Shown here in pieces: positions 23,523-35,878 of a DNA stretch of 35,878 nucleotides. The DNA lies in contig JARFOE010000115.1 in assembly GCA_031763465.1 (NCBI GenBank), forward strand, positions 16,002,414-16,038,291, given 5' to 3'. Every line of letters starts with the position of its first letter. The stretch's first letter is position 1. The notes beneath the pieces were generated by a model. That model did no database searches and was not told the origin of the DNA. It saw only the letters and a program-made list of their open reading frames with translations. The stretch is from Squatina squatina. Lineage: Eukaryota. The position numbers were made by a program, and so were the translations under genes.

Positions 23523-23591
23523 TGGCATAGGCACGATGGGCTGAGCAGCCTCCTTCTGTGCTGTATCATTCTATGACTCTATGGTTCTATG
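23523..23591 (+). mobile_element. CR1 3' terminus with (ATTCTATG)-type microsatellite tail
   Basis: ggcacgatgggctgagcagcctccttctgtgctgtatcattctatgactctatggttctatg. Confidence 0.7.
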
Positions 23592-24439
23592 TGCTGTGAC
23601 CCAAAATAGTTCATTGTTAAAAAAGTTAATTGCTTTTACATTGTTATTTTCTGTTTTTTTCTTTCAGTACTTGCATAGACTTGAGTGTTTTTTTTTACTG
23701 TACTGTCTCATTAGATTTCTTACGCTTTTCTTTCTCTTACACCTTTCTGTGTGGCGATAACCTTCATTATACTTCCTACATTGCTCTCAGTGACATTAGA
23801 AATCGGTCATAGTCCAAAATATTCATAGAGAAACAGCCTTTTGACCTCATAGAAGATCAAGTGATTTTTGTAAAATATTAGCATAATGGAACCTTTTCAA
23901 TAAAGTGATAAATTACGTGCAGTTCAGAGGATATAAAATACAAATGGGTAGATTTATTGTGTTCAAGGACCAAGGGACAAAATCTCCTTTACTTGATGTT
24001 TAAAGTGCTTATGAGAATAATGCCATTTTCACCTTATAGGCCAGGCATGAGATTCAATCAGAAGAGATGTGCTCACTAATAGCTGTTGCATTTTGGGAAT
24101 GGTTGTCTTCTTTTGTCTTAATTAACTGTCAGAAATATGTCTAATTATCTGATTGTTACTGTGCTGTTCATGCAAATTGCGGACTACAACCATTTGTTTG
24201 CTCCCTAGTGCCGTTCAGCCATGTGTCCCAGTAGAAGGGGCATTCTGGTAGGTCAGGAAATGCATCACTTCTTTAAGGCAGCGGTTACTTAAATTCCATC
24301 AACTTACATCAGACAGCTTGCTTCCTCAGACTATGTAGGCATTTGCAGCGGTTATATATTTAATTCCCTGTAGCATGACAGAATGTAGACTTTCAAAAAA
24401 ATGCAACAAAATGGCAGTCAGAGGGCAAAGAGGGGGCGA

Positions 24440-24778
24440 GAAATGAACATAGCTGTAGATACTAAATGCAACAGCTAGAAATTCTTCCAGTATTATGACA
24501 GCAAGAGGGCCACCAGAAAAGAACTGAAATCCCTTAAGGATACAAACAGACTTGAAACTGATGATGAGCTAAAAAGTTAACATACTAAATGATTACTTCC
24601 AGGAAGTGTTCGTCATTCTATTAACACGCAGACTATCACAAAATGTTCTGCAACTCAACTTAGTAACTTTAATATCACTTGCAAGGAATACCCAGAAAGG
24701 CTGAAAGGGCTCAAATCAAGTAAATACACAGGTACGAATGGATTATAGCCAAGGATGCTACACGAGATTAGAGACAAA
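24440..24778 (+). mobile_element. Old CR1 ORF2 fragment, cut by a Harbinger insertion
   Basis: MNIAVDTKCNS*KFFQYY.., ILNDYFQEVF, and LKGLKSSKYTGTNGL*PRMLHEIRD (compare CR1 KSPGPDGIHPRVLKE). Confidence 0.6.
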
Positions 24779-25380
24779 GGGCGCCCAATTCGTCCTTTTT
24801 TTTCGGTGTCAAACTAGTGTTAAATTGGCGTTAAGGGCTTAACACTGATTTTGGGCGCTAAATTTAACATTGCGAAATGTGTCCCCCCCTTAACGTTAGC
24901 GCTAAATGGGCGTTAAACCATTAAGGTCAAAAACTCAACGTTCAGCGTTAGAGGCCCTCAATGACATCATCAGTGGGTGCAATGCCCAAAATGGCGCTTC
25001 AGAAAGGAGGTCTGCTGTATGCTGCACAACCTTGCCATCATGCGCAGTCAGCCACTTCTACAGGCCAATGTTGAAGATGAAGAAGCGGACAATGAACAGA
25101 ATAACCAAGACGATAGCGACCAACAGGCCCTCTCAACCAAGGAGAATGAGGTACAACCCCCTCAGGAGCCTCAAGGAGGGCATGGACGCCGTGTTCGGCC
25201 AGACACGGCAGCTACTCATACACGAACGATTCACATAGCCTCCCCTATCACATAACGTTACCTTCACACCAGCAGCCATTTCATCCAGATCACGTGCTTA
25301 ACTCCACTAATCCCTCAAAGTTACAATAAAAGATTGCGCAAATTAAACCTCAACTCAAAACTTTTATTTACATCACTTAT
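24779..25380 (+). mobile_element. Internally deleted PIF/Harbinger element (TIR joined to transposase C-terminus)
   Basis: TIR gggcgcccaattcg at 24779; VCCMLHNLAIMR, acidic tract and RQLLIHERFT* typical of Harbinger transposase ends; AATAAA near 25326. Confidence 0.8.
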
Positions 25381-25619
25381 NNNNNNNNNNNNNNNNNNNN
25401 NNNNNNNNNNNNNNNNNNNNNNNNNNNNNNNNNNNNNNNNNNNNNNNNNNNNNNNNNNNNNNNNNNNNNNNNNNNNNNNNCTCGTCATCTGCCACACTTA
25501 GTGCCCTCCTTCTGCCAATGACATCAATGGCTGCCTCCTCCATTCATGTCAAGTCTTGAATTGCTGATGATCATTCTTTGGTTTTGAAAGAAATTGCTTT
25601 GATTGTATCTCATCTCGGC

Positions 25620-25830
25620 TTCTGTGCGCCACATGTGCAGGGATTAGTTTTTGTCCCCAAGAAGCCAGCCTCTCACCCAATGGTTTGACTGAAAAAGGAG
25701 AAATTGAGGACTGGCACAGGCTGAAGGCATCATGACAACTGCCAGGATACCTGACATAGATCTGTATGAGGCACTGCACGTTGTCACACACTGGCTGCAC
25801 ATTTAGTGAATGGAAGCCCTTCCTGTTCAT
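25620..25830 (-). mobile_element. Harbinger (HARBI1-like) transposase fragment
   Basis: [15 protein letters not shown]...RYPGSCHDAF, then GWLLGDK in another frame. Confidence 0.85.
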
Positions 25831-26587
25831 AGAAAAACATAGAAAACATAGAAAATATGTCTTGTGTTGGAGCATGCAAGGCTATGTGTGTGTGCAGTCA
25901 CGATGCCTGCACTCCTGACAAAGCCCAAAGCCCAAAGCCCTGACTTCCAGCTTAGTAGCCTCCATATGGGACAAAATTAAGTCGTTGGCTCTGGCTGAGC
26001 ATATCTGTGAAGGCAGTGGAAAAGAAAATTGGGCAGGGTGTAAAACGCCCGGTTTGTGGTATTGCTCCAGACTAATTTCACCCCCACAGATTCCAGCTGA
26101 GTCCAGCTGTTTCAAATTAGCTACCGATTAAAGGGAGAAAGTTATCTTGGGTCCCAATCTGAGGCCAGATCTCTAGTTCTGGGTGCCATTCATGCTGACT
26201 GGTGATTGCGTCAAATGTGCTAGCCCATAATGGCAAAGCAATCAAAAATAATTAAGGACTTAACATTCCTTTTGTGAATGCTCCAGCATTGTCAAAAACT
26301 TCTATGCTGCCGTTTTTAGAAATTCAGAGTGGGTTGTTAAGGGTGTTAATGGCCTTCACAATAGCCGCAAGAAATGCCTTCTCCCATCCATTTTGCTATT
26401 ATCTTTGATTAAATGTATTCACTGGGGCTTTTACAGTGTTCAAATGTAAAAATGGGACATTACTGTCACACAGATAACAGCTTTTAGNNNNNNNNNNNNN
26501 NNNNNNNNNNNNNNNNNNNNNNNNNNNNNNNNNNNNNNNNNNNNNNNNNNNNNNNNNNNNNNNNNNNNNNNNNNNNNNNNNNNNNNN

Positions 26588-26670
26588 ACCAGGGTGTTGC
26601 GGAGGGAGCAGTCCCTTCAGAATGCTGAAAGGGGAGAGGAGGGAAAGATGTGTTTGGTAGTGGGATCACG
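26588..26670 (-). mobile_element. Penelope-like element ORF fragment
   Basis: Reverse translation RDPTTKHIFPSSPLSAF*RDCSLRNTL resembles the Penelope RT-to-GIY-YIG linker. Confidence 0.6.
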
Positions 26671-27698
26671 ATCCCAATGAGGGTGTGCTAAACAATGTGT
26701 GTTTAAAGAAACACAGCATATCCTGTATTCTGACAGTCTTTGTTATTTGAAATCCCCATGGGTGAAACCGTTGACTTCACCACGAAGGAAGCATTAGCTG
26801 CTGTGAGGGGAAACTTGCATGAATCATTCATATTGTGTTCATTAATCATTTACATTCAGCTGTAGTGTATTTTGTTGAACAGAATACAATGCAGCGCCGT
26901 GACCTTTAACTATAGTTTCAAACAAGGCAACTGTAAATTCAATCGATATTCTTTGACTGTTTTGAAGTATACAAGTCTCCTAAATACGCAGATTTTTCAG
27001 GGGACATTTCATAAATTATTATATCACCTCAGCTGTCTAGGTCAAATGGGGCCCCATCCCTTTAAAGTTCAGTTTAGAGTTTTTCCATCTCATTTTCCCC
27101 CGTGTTCTCTTTTCTCGCTCCTCTCTTTCTTCCTTCAGTCTCTCGCTCCTTGCTCGTCTCTTGCTCTCTTTTACCACCGCACCTCCCCACCCCCCAAACC
27201 CCTACTACCACTACTTTCCTATAAGCTAGAGGATGACACCTGGTGGTGAGAGGTCTGTGCAATACATACTTATAAGAAAAGCTGTCCATTTTCTTTTGAA
27301 TAGTGGAAAGGATCCTGATAATTAATGGCTTAGTGACTAATAATGTGAACTCGGATTTAACAAACTCCAGAAAAAAAGGGTTTTAACCGTACAAAAAAGG
27401 TAATGGTGCATAGTATATGCAACTAAAAAGACAGTATCAATGGTATTTATGACAGAGTGCTGCATTTACAAATGAAGTAGGAAGTCACCATTAATGTATC
27501 CAGGGTGAAAAGGGTTGGAAAAGGTAGTATGAGACATTGTTCCATAAGGTGGATAGTAAGTAGGTGTGTAATCGATAAGAAAACCCTCAGTGTTTTTCAT
27601 TATAGCATGTTACAGGATCTAATTTATCTAAATGATTAAAACTACCAGAGTAATGAATATTGTAACAGTATGCTGTATGCAAATGTTTGTTATACTGA

Positions 27699-27821
<123 letters not shown>

Positions 27822-28544
27822 TAATTGTAGGTCTCGAATCAGCAATGCTGAGGGGAAAGCCAATGTTTATAACTGAAGTCCATCTGCACTAGACTATTTG
27901 TAAAAGGTACTCAAGGAGTTTGACTTTGAAGCTAATCACGGGGAATATTGAGCACGTGGTCACATTAAGGGTGCAGTTGTTTATTGCATTGATGCACTTT
28001 GCTAGGACTTCATATAGCAACAGAATAAATTATATATTTGGTAAATTTATGCAAATATACCAGTTTTGAGCTCACAGTTGTAACATAACAGCTTTACTTG
28101 GTTAATTAGTATTTGTAAATCAACAACTTAATTGTAAGCATGCTTTATCATTGCCCTTGTTGTGACACAAGATACATTGGTGTTTTCATTGTTTTAGAAA
28201 GGTAACTGGATTGATAGAAACTAGAAAATGGCAAAGTGCCAACAGTACATATACGAACAGATGAACCTTGCTAATGGTAACTTTAAGCCAATATAGCAAA
28301 CAGTCCACAGATTTCCCTAGAAATTATAACAATTTGAAAAATAAACTGGTTTTAATTACTTAATGGGAAATCAGTGTCATTTTTTGTTCATCAGCTGGAG
28401 TCCCATTTTTTAAAATTTTATCCTGTTTCCCTGATGTTTCCTAANNNNNNNNNNNNNNNNNNNNNNNNNNNNNNNNNNNNNNNNNNNNNNNNNNNNNNNN
28501 NNNNNNNNNNNNNNNNNNNNNNNNNNNNNNNNNNNNNNNNNNNN

Positions 28545-28831
28545 AAAAAGTTAGAGGTGGAACAGTTTATCAGCAAGTACAGAGCTAGAGAAAGGAGGAC
28601 AGGGAGGAGGGCGGGAGTGACTAAATGACAAAAAGGAGGATGGTGCAAGGCAAAAAGGGGCGGCAATGGGACTAGTAAAGTTCAGGGGAGGTGTAAATGG
28701 TTACAGCAGAACCATTACCAGCAACTGCTGTACGAGGAAATGGGAGTGGCAGTTATGATTTAAAGCTGGTGAACTCAAAGTTGAGTCTGGAAATCTGGAA
28801 AGCACCTGTCAAGATGAGGTGCTGTTCCTCC
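28545..28831 (-). mobile_element. Penelope-like element 3' region
   Basis: Reverse strand EEQHLIL.../RLNFEFTSFKS* resembles the GIY-YIG C-terminal EEQHLIFRLG..GLNIEF motif, followed by pyrimidine-rich UTR. Confidence 0.6.
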
Positions 28832-28938
28832 GACCTGATATTTGGTTGGGCCATTTTTCAGGTCTCCCTGGCGGCCACCTAAAACAGGCATTAGGTCCCT
28901 TACATATTTAAATAAGGGCCTAACACCTCTTTTAGACC

Positions 28939-29144
28939 TAGGGTGACCAGATTTTTAAAATGGAAAACCAGGACAAAACTTACCTTCCAGTCTGCGCATG
29001 CGCAGTCAGTTCTCCGTCGGGACTGCACACGCCCAGTCAGTTTTCCGTTCTCGCTCGCTGGAAGCTGGGACATTTCAGCGATTTACAGTTAAGTGTCGGG
29101 ACACCGGGACGTTTACTGAAAAAAAGGGATGCCCGGGCACCCTA
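28939..29144. mobile_element. hAT-Blackjack-like MITE (~206 bp)
   Basis: TIRs tagggtgacc / gggcacccta; flanks tttagacc and tttaggac (6/8 match, decayed 8-bp TSD); repeated gggaca subterminal motifs; central tgcgcatgcgca palindrome. Confidence 0.7.
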
Positions 29145-29819
29145 TTTAGGACTCTTGCAGAAATTGGGTTGCAATGACCACAGAAGGCATCGGTCCTGTT
29201 CCATCAGGATTGTTCAGTGAGATCTGTGGTCTAAACAGCAGCCTCAACTCCACAGTATTTGCAATTGGCCCCAGCACCGTTACACTCCATTACCCCCTCC
29301 CTGGCCTTTCCTCAGGACTGGCGAGGAAAGTGGCTTGACACACGTCTATTTAAAAGGGGTGAGCTGCCTAAAGAGGCATCACTGTCATCAGCAGCTTGTC
29401 CAAATAATGTAACTGAGGCCCAAGGCCCAATTTCGGCCTACCTGTTAAGGCACGCAGTGGCAAAAATGGGCCATAACCAATTGTTGCCCCAAGATACCTT
29501 CTTCAAAGAGATTAGGAGGGAGAAGAGAAGGAAAATTGGAGTGGAAGTCAATCGGTGCAGTAATCAGTATAGGTCAGTAGCTCACAAACTTGATCGAGGA
29601 ATCGCATGTGGTGCATATACCATCATTCTGATATAGTTAACGTCAATGGTGAGCTCGGTTGTTGATTAAAATATATTTTACCAAATTAGCGCCATGTATC
29701 ATCGGCAGATGGAAAATATAAAATGATTGATGGATTCCAATCACTTAGCCTTAAGCGAATAGGAAAAAAACCATATTATTCGTTATAATGTGCCCATAAC
29801 CTGTGTTTACATTTTACAG

Positions 29820-29935
29820 GAGTTTTACTTCAAATGTGGAAAACATCCAACCTCTGAGAGCGACACCTCAGTGATTTTGAACTTAATTACTCCAAACAGG
29901 CAAAACATTCCATGTATAACCTGTACTGACACTGT
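29820..29935 (+). CDS. PRKN: Parkin exon 6 (end of RING0 to start of RING1)
   Basis: ttttacag acceptor, GT|gtaagt donor, 116 bp (the length of human exon 6). [38 protein letters not shown] matches human [38 protein letters not shown]. Not present in the ORF track. Confidence 0.96.
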
Positions 29936-30910
29936 GTAAGTATAATATTCATCCAACTGCTTTATTGATGATCAAGGGTTTTGATAGAGTAAATAAGGAG
30001 AAACTGTNNNNNNNNNNNNNNNNNNNNNNNNNNNNNNNNNNNNNNNNNNNNNNNNNNNNNNNNNNNNNNNNNNNNNNNNNNNNNNNNNNNNNNNNNNNNN
30101 NNNNNNNACCCATCCCCCCCGCCCCCAGCCCCCACCCGCACCATTCCTGATGGGCAGGGCGCCGATAAAATCGGACCTTAAGGTTCCAATGTGAAATAAG
30201 TTTGGGTTGTCTCAATCTGGTATCCAGTGGGCTTGAGCCTATATCACAAAATTCGGCACTAATTGGCTGTTTGGCTCAAAGAGACCACAGGAAATGGGAA
30301 TAAAATGTCACGCTGATGCAGCAAGGGGATGCTTTTCTGGGTTGGAGTTGGAGCAGAGAGGAAAGACGTTCCCTGTATATCTGGCCATGTCATATCTGAC
30401 CTGGGAGTACTTGATTGGCTGGTTGGCTGAAATAGGAATAGTTCCAGTTTCCAGCGATAAAATCCTCACTCTGATGAACACAAAAAGTTTTTTTCAAAAA
30501 AGGTACACAAAAAAACAACCTACTTAAATCATAATACAGCTGTGATAACTGTCTTTCACACATCTCAAGGAGCTAGCAAGCCATTTAAACGATGTAATTG
30601 ACAAAAATGTTGTTTAACAAGCTATGGATCCTGCAAAACTTTTTAGTATTGGCTCAGCATTAAGTACAGAAAGCCTTCTTCACAGACTGGGCCATGGGGC
30701 TCCTAGTAGATTGCTTCAAGGATAAATAAGATAATCTTAGTGCAGCAGGGCAACCCACAAGCTTACTTAATAGAAACAGAGAGTGTGATAATATGTTGCA
30801 GGGCATGTGCAGTCAGGATCAACCATTGTGAGGAGCTACAAGGAGGTACTGAAGAACTGTTATGGCTTGAAAGGTATTACTGTAAAGCAGCAGCAAATGA
30901 GAGCTATGCA

Positions 30911-31100
30911 AAAGAAAGACTTGCATTTATATAGCGCATTTCACTACCTCAGGATGCCACAGAGCACTTTACAGCCAATAAATTACTTTTTGAAGTGTGG
31001 TTACTGTTGTAATGTAGGAAATGCAGCAGCCAATTTGTGCACAGCAAGTTCCCACAAACAACAATGCGATAATGTCCAGATAATCTGTTTTAGCGATGTT
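30911..31100 (-). mobile_element. DeuSINE/SacSINE1-like SINE, 3' half, truncated by Harbinger element
   Basis: Colinear with 19576-19770 (aaagacttgcattt...gcagccaatttg...cccacaaa..gatgtt); similarity stops abruptly at 31100. Confidence 0.8.
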
Positions 31101-32331
31101 GGCCAGAATTTTTCTACTGCCATGCCTACGGGATTGGAGGTGGGTTGGCAGTAAAAATCAGAGAAAAATGGAACGCGTCAGGAACCTGCCATCATCCCAC
31201 CTCCTCCCTTTAACTCAGGCGTGTTTGCTAACGCAGCATGGACCTGAACGGCTGAGGCAGGCAACCGAATTTAGCTCATTGAAACCTTGTTGTCAGACCC
31301 TTAACAGTGTTTTTAACCAGACCTTTTGAATTTCAATGGATGACCACAGGAATCACGCAGCTCGGGAACCACATCTGTTAACCTGTGGCGGAAGCTCAAT
31401 GGCCATTGAGCGAGGCCATTAATGAAGAGCATTGAAATCCCAATATATACTCCCACATGACACCTTCCTACTTGGCTAAATGTTGGGTGCATTTTGTGCA
31501 CTGATTTATGTGTCTAGACTATGCAAGTCTTTCCTGCAACTTTGGAAGCCACTCTCACCTCATTGCTACTAACTATCATACCATTGACAGATTGCTCCTC
31601 TGATCTGTATTTGACCTGCCAGCTATTACAGCAGCATGGTTGCCACTTATACTGTCTTACCATGGTTCTCAGAATCGAACCAAGATGAGTCCCAACACCA
31701 GCAGCTTCAGCAACCCCAACAACCTTCTCCTCAACGACCTGATGCTCCACAGGACAGAGGGTATCAGTGCAGGGCTGGACCGCGCCGAAGGCGATACCCC
31801 CAATACAGGGTATACAGGCAAAGGATGAGCTTCCTCAACATGACTGAACAGCAGTCCCAATGGAGGCTCAGGCTATCGTGCCAGGTCGTCGTAGACATTT
31901 GCAACTTTGTGGAATAAAAGCTGCATCCAAGAGGTCCTGGTGGACACTCCTTACCAGTGGCTGTCAAAGTAACCAGTGCTATCAACTTCTTCACCTCAGG
32001 CTCCTTCCAGGGATCTGCAGCAGACATTTGCGGCATCTCGCAGACAGCCGCCCACAGATGCATCACACAGGTCACCGATTGCATCTTTGGCATGTCAGCC
32101 AATTATATCAACTTTGCCACTGATAATGCCAGTTTTACTGAGCCGGCGCTGGGCTTTGCCGCTCTGATGGCTTCCCACGGGTGCAGGGCATCATTGACTG
32201 CACACATGTGGCCATCATCACCTCGGAGTATTTGTGAACCGCAAGGGCTTCCACTCCCTCAATGTGCAGTTGGTCTGCAACCATAGGAAGATCAACATGC
32301 ATGTGTGCGCCAAATTCCCTGGCAGCTGTCA
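31101..32331 (+). mobile_element. PIF/Harbinger DNA transposon with decayed HARBI1-like transposase
   Basis: TIR-like ggccagaatttt at 31101; [46 protein letters not shown]..; [15 protein letters not shown] (first catalytic Asp); [19 protein letters not shown]. Contains stops and frameshifts and ends at a gap. Confidence 0.9.
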
Positions 32332-32880
32332 NNNNNNNNNNNNNNNNNNNNNNNNNNNNNNNNNNNNNNNNNNNNNNNNNNNNNNNNNNNNNNNNNNNNN
32401 NNNNNNNNNNNNNNNNNNNNNNNNNNNNNNNCACATTGCTTAGGGTGGATGAAAAGTTCTAAAGAATAGCTTCACTACACTAAGGAATAATGGTAATAAA
32501 GACTATTATTTTGGCTTGCACACCCTTCAGTGTTGTCACTGGGCATATCTAGCATATTGGTATTATCATTTTGGGGGAAAAAGCATATCATACCAATACA
32601 TTAGATATGCTCAGTGACAAAATTGGACACATCTAACGCATGGACAGATCTTAGTCCAATACACTTGAATATTATACAATAACCTTAGGTGATATTTTTA
32701 AGGTATCATCTCAATTTGGTCCCATTACTAGCACCAGTGATAATTGTAACTAACAGTACTTCACCCTAGTTTATACAGCTTAAAATGCTTGCTCCAGATA
32801 TAACAGGGGTTTGCAAACTCAAAATATATTGTACTGCTTTTCAGAACCTTTAAATAGCTATGATGCAAATATTTTACTCA

Positions 32881-33304
32881 TCAACAACAAGTATATATAT
32901 AGCACCTTTTACATAGCAAAACAACCCAAGACGCTTTACAGGAGCATTATACAAGAAAGAATTTGAGCCACATAAGAAGAAATTAGGGCAGGTGACCAAA
33001 AGCTTGGTCAAAGAAGTAGGTTTTAAGGAGCGTCTTAAAGGAGGAGAGGTTTAGGCAGGAAATTCCAGAGTTTAGGGCCTAGACAACAGAAGGCACAGCC
33101 ACCAATGGTTGAGCAATTATAATCAGCGATGCTCAAGAGGCTAGAATTAGAGGAGCGCAGACATCTCGGGGGATTGTGGGCTGAAGGAGATTACAGAGAT
33201 AGAGATGGGCGAGGCCATGGAGGGATTTGAAAGTAAGGATGAGAATTTTGAAATCGAGGCGTTGCTTAACCGTGAGCCAATGTAGGTCAGCGAGCACAGT
33301 GATC
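32881..33304 (-). mobile_element. L2 LINE 3' end
   Basis: Reverse strand ITVLADLHWLTVKQRLDFKILILTFKSLHGLAHLYLCNLL; the tail (aaagcgtcttgggttg...gctatata..ttgttgttg) resembles the SINE tails. Confidence 0.85.
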
Positions 33305-33827
33305 TGATACTGCGTGTTTTATACCACCGCCAAGATGGATTTCTACCACCTAATGTCTCAAATATTTGTGGAGTGGCATGATTAAAAGATTGTGATGTAA
33401 GGAAATCTATGATATGAATCATGTGGCTTGCAGAATTTGTTTACAGTGCACAGAAAAGAAAATAATAGAATTAAGGGAAAAGCGAATCACAGAACTCTGT
33501 TTTTGCTCATCAAGGCCACGGCTGTCTGTGCAAGAGAATGGAACACTTTTCTATCTTTCATACCTCACCTTAAACACCCCAGATCAGGTACAGCATGAGC
33601 CAGAGGCAGAGTAAAGGTTCATTGTTCTGGAACTCCCTATGCCCCAGACCCTTCGAGCAGCAATCCTGATGACAACAAAATTAATTTTTAAATTTCCCAT
33701 ACCAGCCATCCATGCTATTGATATCAGAGTGCAAATGTTGTGACAGTTTGTGCCAAATTATCTCAAGTGGGCTAGATTACAAAGGGGAGAAAGTTATGCT
33801 TCAGTTGTATAGTGCCTNNNNNNNNNN

Positions 33828-34150
33828 TGGTTTGAGCACAGAACGTGGCCATTTGGCCCATTGAGCCTGTGCTAGCTCTTTACAAGAGCACTTCAGCTAG
33901 TCTCACTCCCCCTCCCTTTCCCCATAGCCCTGCACTTTTTTTTCTTCAGGTACTTATCCAACTCCCTTTAGAAAGCTGTGATTGAGTCTGCCTCCAACAG
34001 CCTTTCAGGCAGTGATTTCTAGATACTAACCGCTCACCACGTAAAAAAGTTTTCCCTCATGTCGCCTTTGGTTCTTCTGCCAATCACCTTAAATCTGTGT
34101 CCTCCAGTTCTCAACCCTTCCACTCTATCCACTCTGTCCAGACCCCTCAT
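33828..34150 (-). mobile_element. CR1 LINE 3' end
   Basis: Reverse complement of the CR1 C-terminal region (aggcagactcaatcacagctttc..ttggataagtacctgaag..ggctatggggaaagg) and 3' UTR. Confidence 0.75.
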
Positions 34151-34607
34151 TTCCATTTTTATAGCACTTATAGCTGTATTTTAACTCTNNNNNNNNNNTC
34201 AAACCGTGCTGAACATTATAAGCTGGAATATTTATCATAAAACAAGTTAGGATGAGTTCTGAGATGTCTTTCGTGGTTCTATTAATTTGAAGCAGTAGCT
34301 ATTTGAATTTAGGCTGCTTTAAAGCCCGTTCAATGTATTGAGATTCGGATGGCGTGAATGTGCCATTGCAGTAAGTGCAGCTTTGTGCTCTCTGGGTACA
34401 GGTGTAGCAGCTTTAAAAAGCACAGTGCATTACGAGAGAGATTGAGAAACAATCTATACCTGATAAACTGAGCTCTGCATCTAAACCTTATGTTTTGAGC
34501 AAGCATCATTTGTCAGCCAAGGGTGGTCTGTAATACTGATGCTCTCCTTTGACTGTTGGTATTTCATTTGGATTGACCTTAATTGCTCAGATTCCAGTAG
34601 AGGCCAG

Positions 34608-35344
34608 GGAGGGCGAAATTTCCCTAATTTCTTGCCCTGTTAGCACCTCTAAGGGGCGTTAATGGGGCTGAAATCAAAAAAATGATGGCAGGAGGTGGCT
34701 ATCTGGCCTCCCGGGCAATTATCCGGGGGGGTCCCCGAAGCGTGTGCCTCGCCCGGGGAATTCCGCGACGGGTCGGTGGCCACGTCATCAAATTGCGTGC
34801 TAACCTTTTTGCGCCGCGCCCTCACTTCGTCCATGGGCGAAATTCCCCTGCGGGATGCATGGGCCACTGCGCCCTTTAAAGGGGAGGGCCCGAGCGCCGG
34901 CAATTGCCAACTTTAATTGTCGGCTGACTCTGCGGTCAGCTGACTGATGGCAGGCCGCACCACGACCGGGCTGTCATTCCCTTACCCAGCAAGCCTACTG
35001 GCCTGCCGGGCTGGTGGCCCAGTCAACGGTCTCCCGGGTGCCCAGTGGCCGGCTGCAGGGAACCATTGCGGCAGCTGGTGGTCCTCAAAGGAGTAGGTGG
35101 GACTGCGGATGGCATCAGTGCACCGTGGCGCACTGGCCTCGGCAGCGTCACACTGACGTTATCAGCACCACTCTGACGACACACCCGGCCTCACGCCAGC
35201 TGAGCGCCAGCACAGCACCCTGGGAGCGAGGCAGACAGTACGGGGAATACCGCAGCCGGGGTGCAGTTTTGGGAGCCTCCACAAAAAATGCCCATTCCCA
35301 AGCTTCACCCCTCCGGAATGGGGCGGCAGGGAATTTCGTCCACC
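34608..35344. mobile_element. GC/CpG-rich non-autonomous DNA transposon with TIRs (Harbinger-like)
   Basis: Left ggagggcgaaatttccc versus the reverse complement of the right end ggtggacgaaattccc; sharp GC boundary with AT-rich flanks. Confidence 0.65.
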
Positions 35345-35878
35345 GGATTTCAACACAGATTGCGCAGTCAGTTTTTGAAATACCACAGCACTAAGTCATC
35401 CTTGATCAAACAATTCGCCTCATACGTGAGATAATATTGACTGTAGCATGTGGTTTCCTGCAGAAATTTTATTTTCAAAACTGGATGTTTGCGTACATTT
35501 TTCGTCCGATTCTCTGCAGATCTTACTATATGACTGGGATTAGGATTGAAGATGCTCTATCAAAACAGATATTGGATATGTAAAAACGTCCAAGTAATTA
35601 GAGTTGGGAATTTGAGCACTTTAAGGAATTGGGTTTGAAATATTATACAAATTGTAAATTAGAATTGGGATTTAGAAAAACTTGATACCAAAGGCAGGGA
35701 CTGGATTAGCCCAACACCAACCTGACGTTTCTTCACCAGCATTCGTTAGGAGTTTGTTTGATTATCAATCTGGCTTCTTCCAAGCTGTTTGATGTCTTGC
35801 TTTCTTAAGGGAGCTTATCAAATTTTAATTAAACTTTAAAAAAACCCAACAAAAGTTCACCTCAGTTGTTCGCTGTTA

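Noticed and set aside
31636-32331. Domesticated HARBI1 gene
   Set aside because: Contains stops and frameshifts, is preceded by a TIR-like end, and related fragments occur elsewhere in the window.
34608-35344. CpG island or promoter with several GC-rich ORFs
   Set aside because: Bounded by inverted repeats and low-information ORFs; it is a non-autonomous transposon. The same applies to the CpG-rich patches at 6761 and 8548, which are not the PRKN/PACRG promoter.

Overview
Eukaryotic vertebrate DNA, most likely a shark or other cartilaginous fish. This is inferred from the repeats: SacSINE1/DeuSINE-like SINEs, CR1, L2, RTE, Penelope and PIF/Harbinger families. The assembly is very fragmented, with short contigs joined by 21 100-N spacers and three 10-N spacers, so distances and adjacency across gaps are unreliable. 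The window covers the head-to-head PACRG/PRKN (parkin) locus: one PACRG exon on the minus strand (3205-3339) and PRKN exons 2 (9862-10025) and 6 (29820-29935) on the plus strand. It also holds an unidentified collagen-like exon antisense to PACRG and one more candidate exon. The most notable feature is the 3' half of a decayed endogenous retrovirus (10264-~14586): tether/RNase H/integrase pol, env splice acceptor, env, polypurine tract and a short 3' LTR. Its Env is not of the ordinary gamma-type. It looks like a paramyxovirus/pneumovirus F-like class I fusion protein (lokiretrovirus/foamy-like architecture) with an extra N-terminal 10-Cys domain. The rest is intronic DNA rich in decayed transposons. 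All homology calls come from manual motif comparison with remembered reference sequences; no searches were run.
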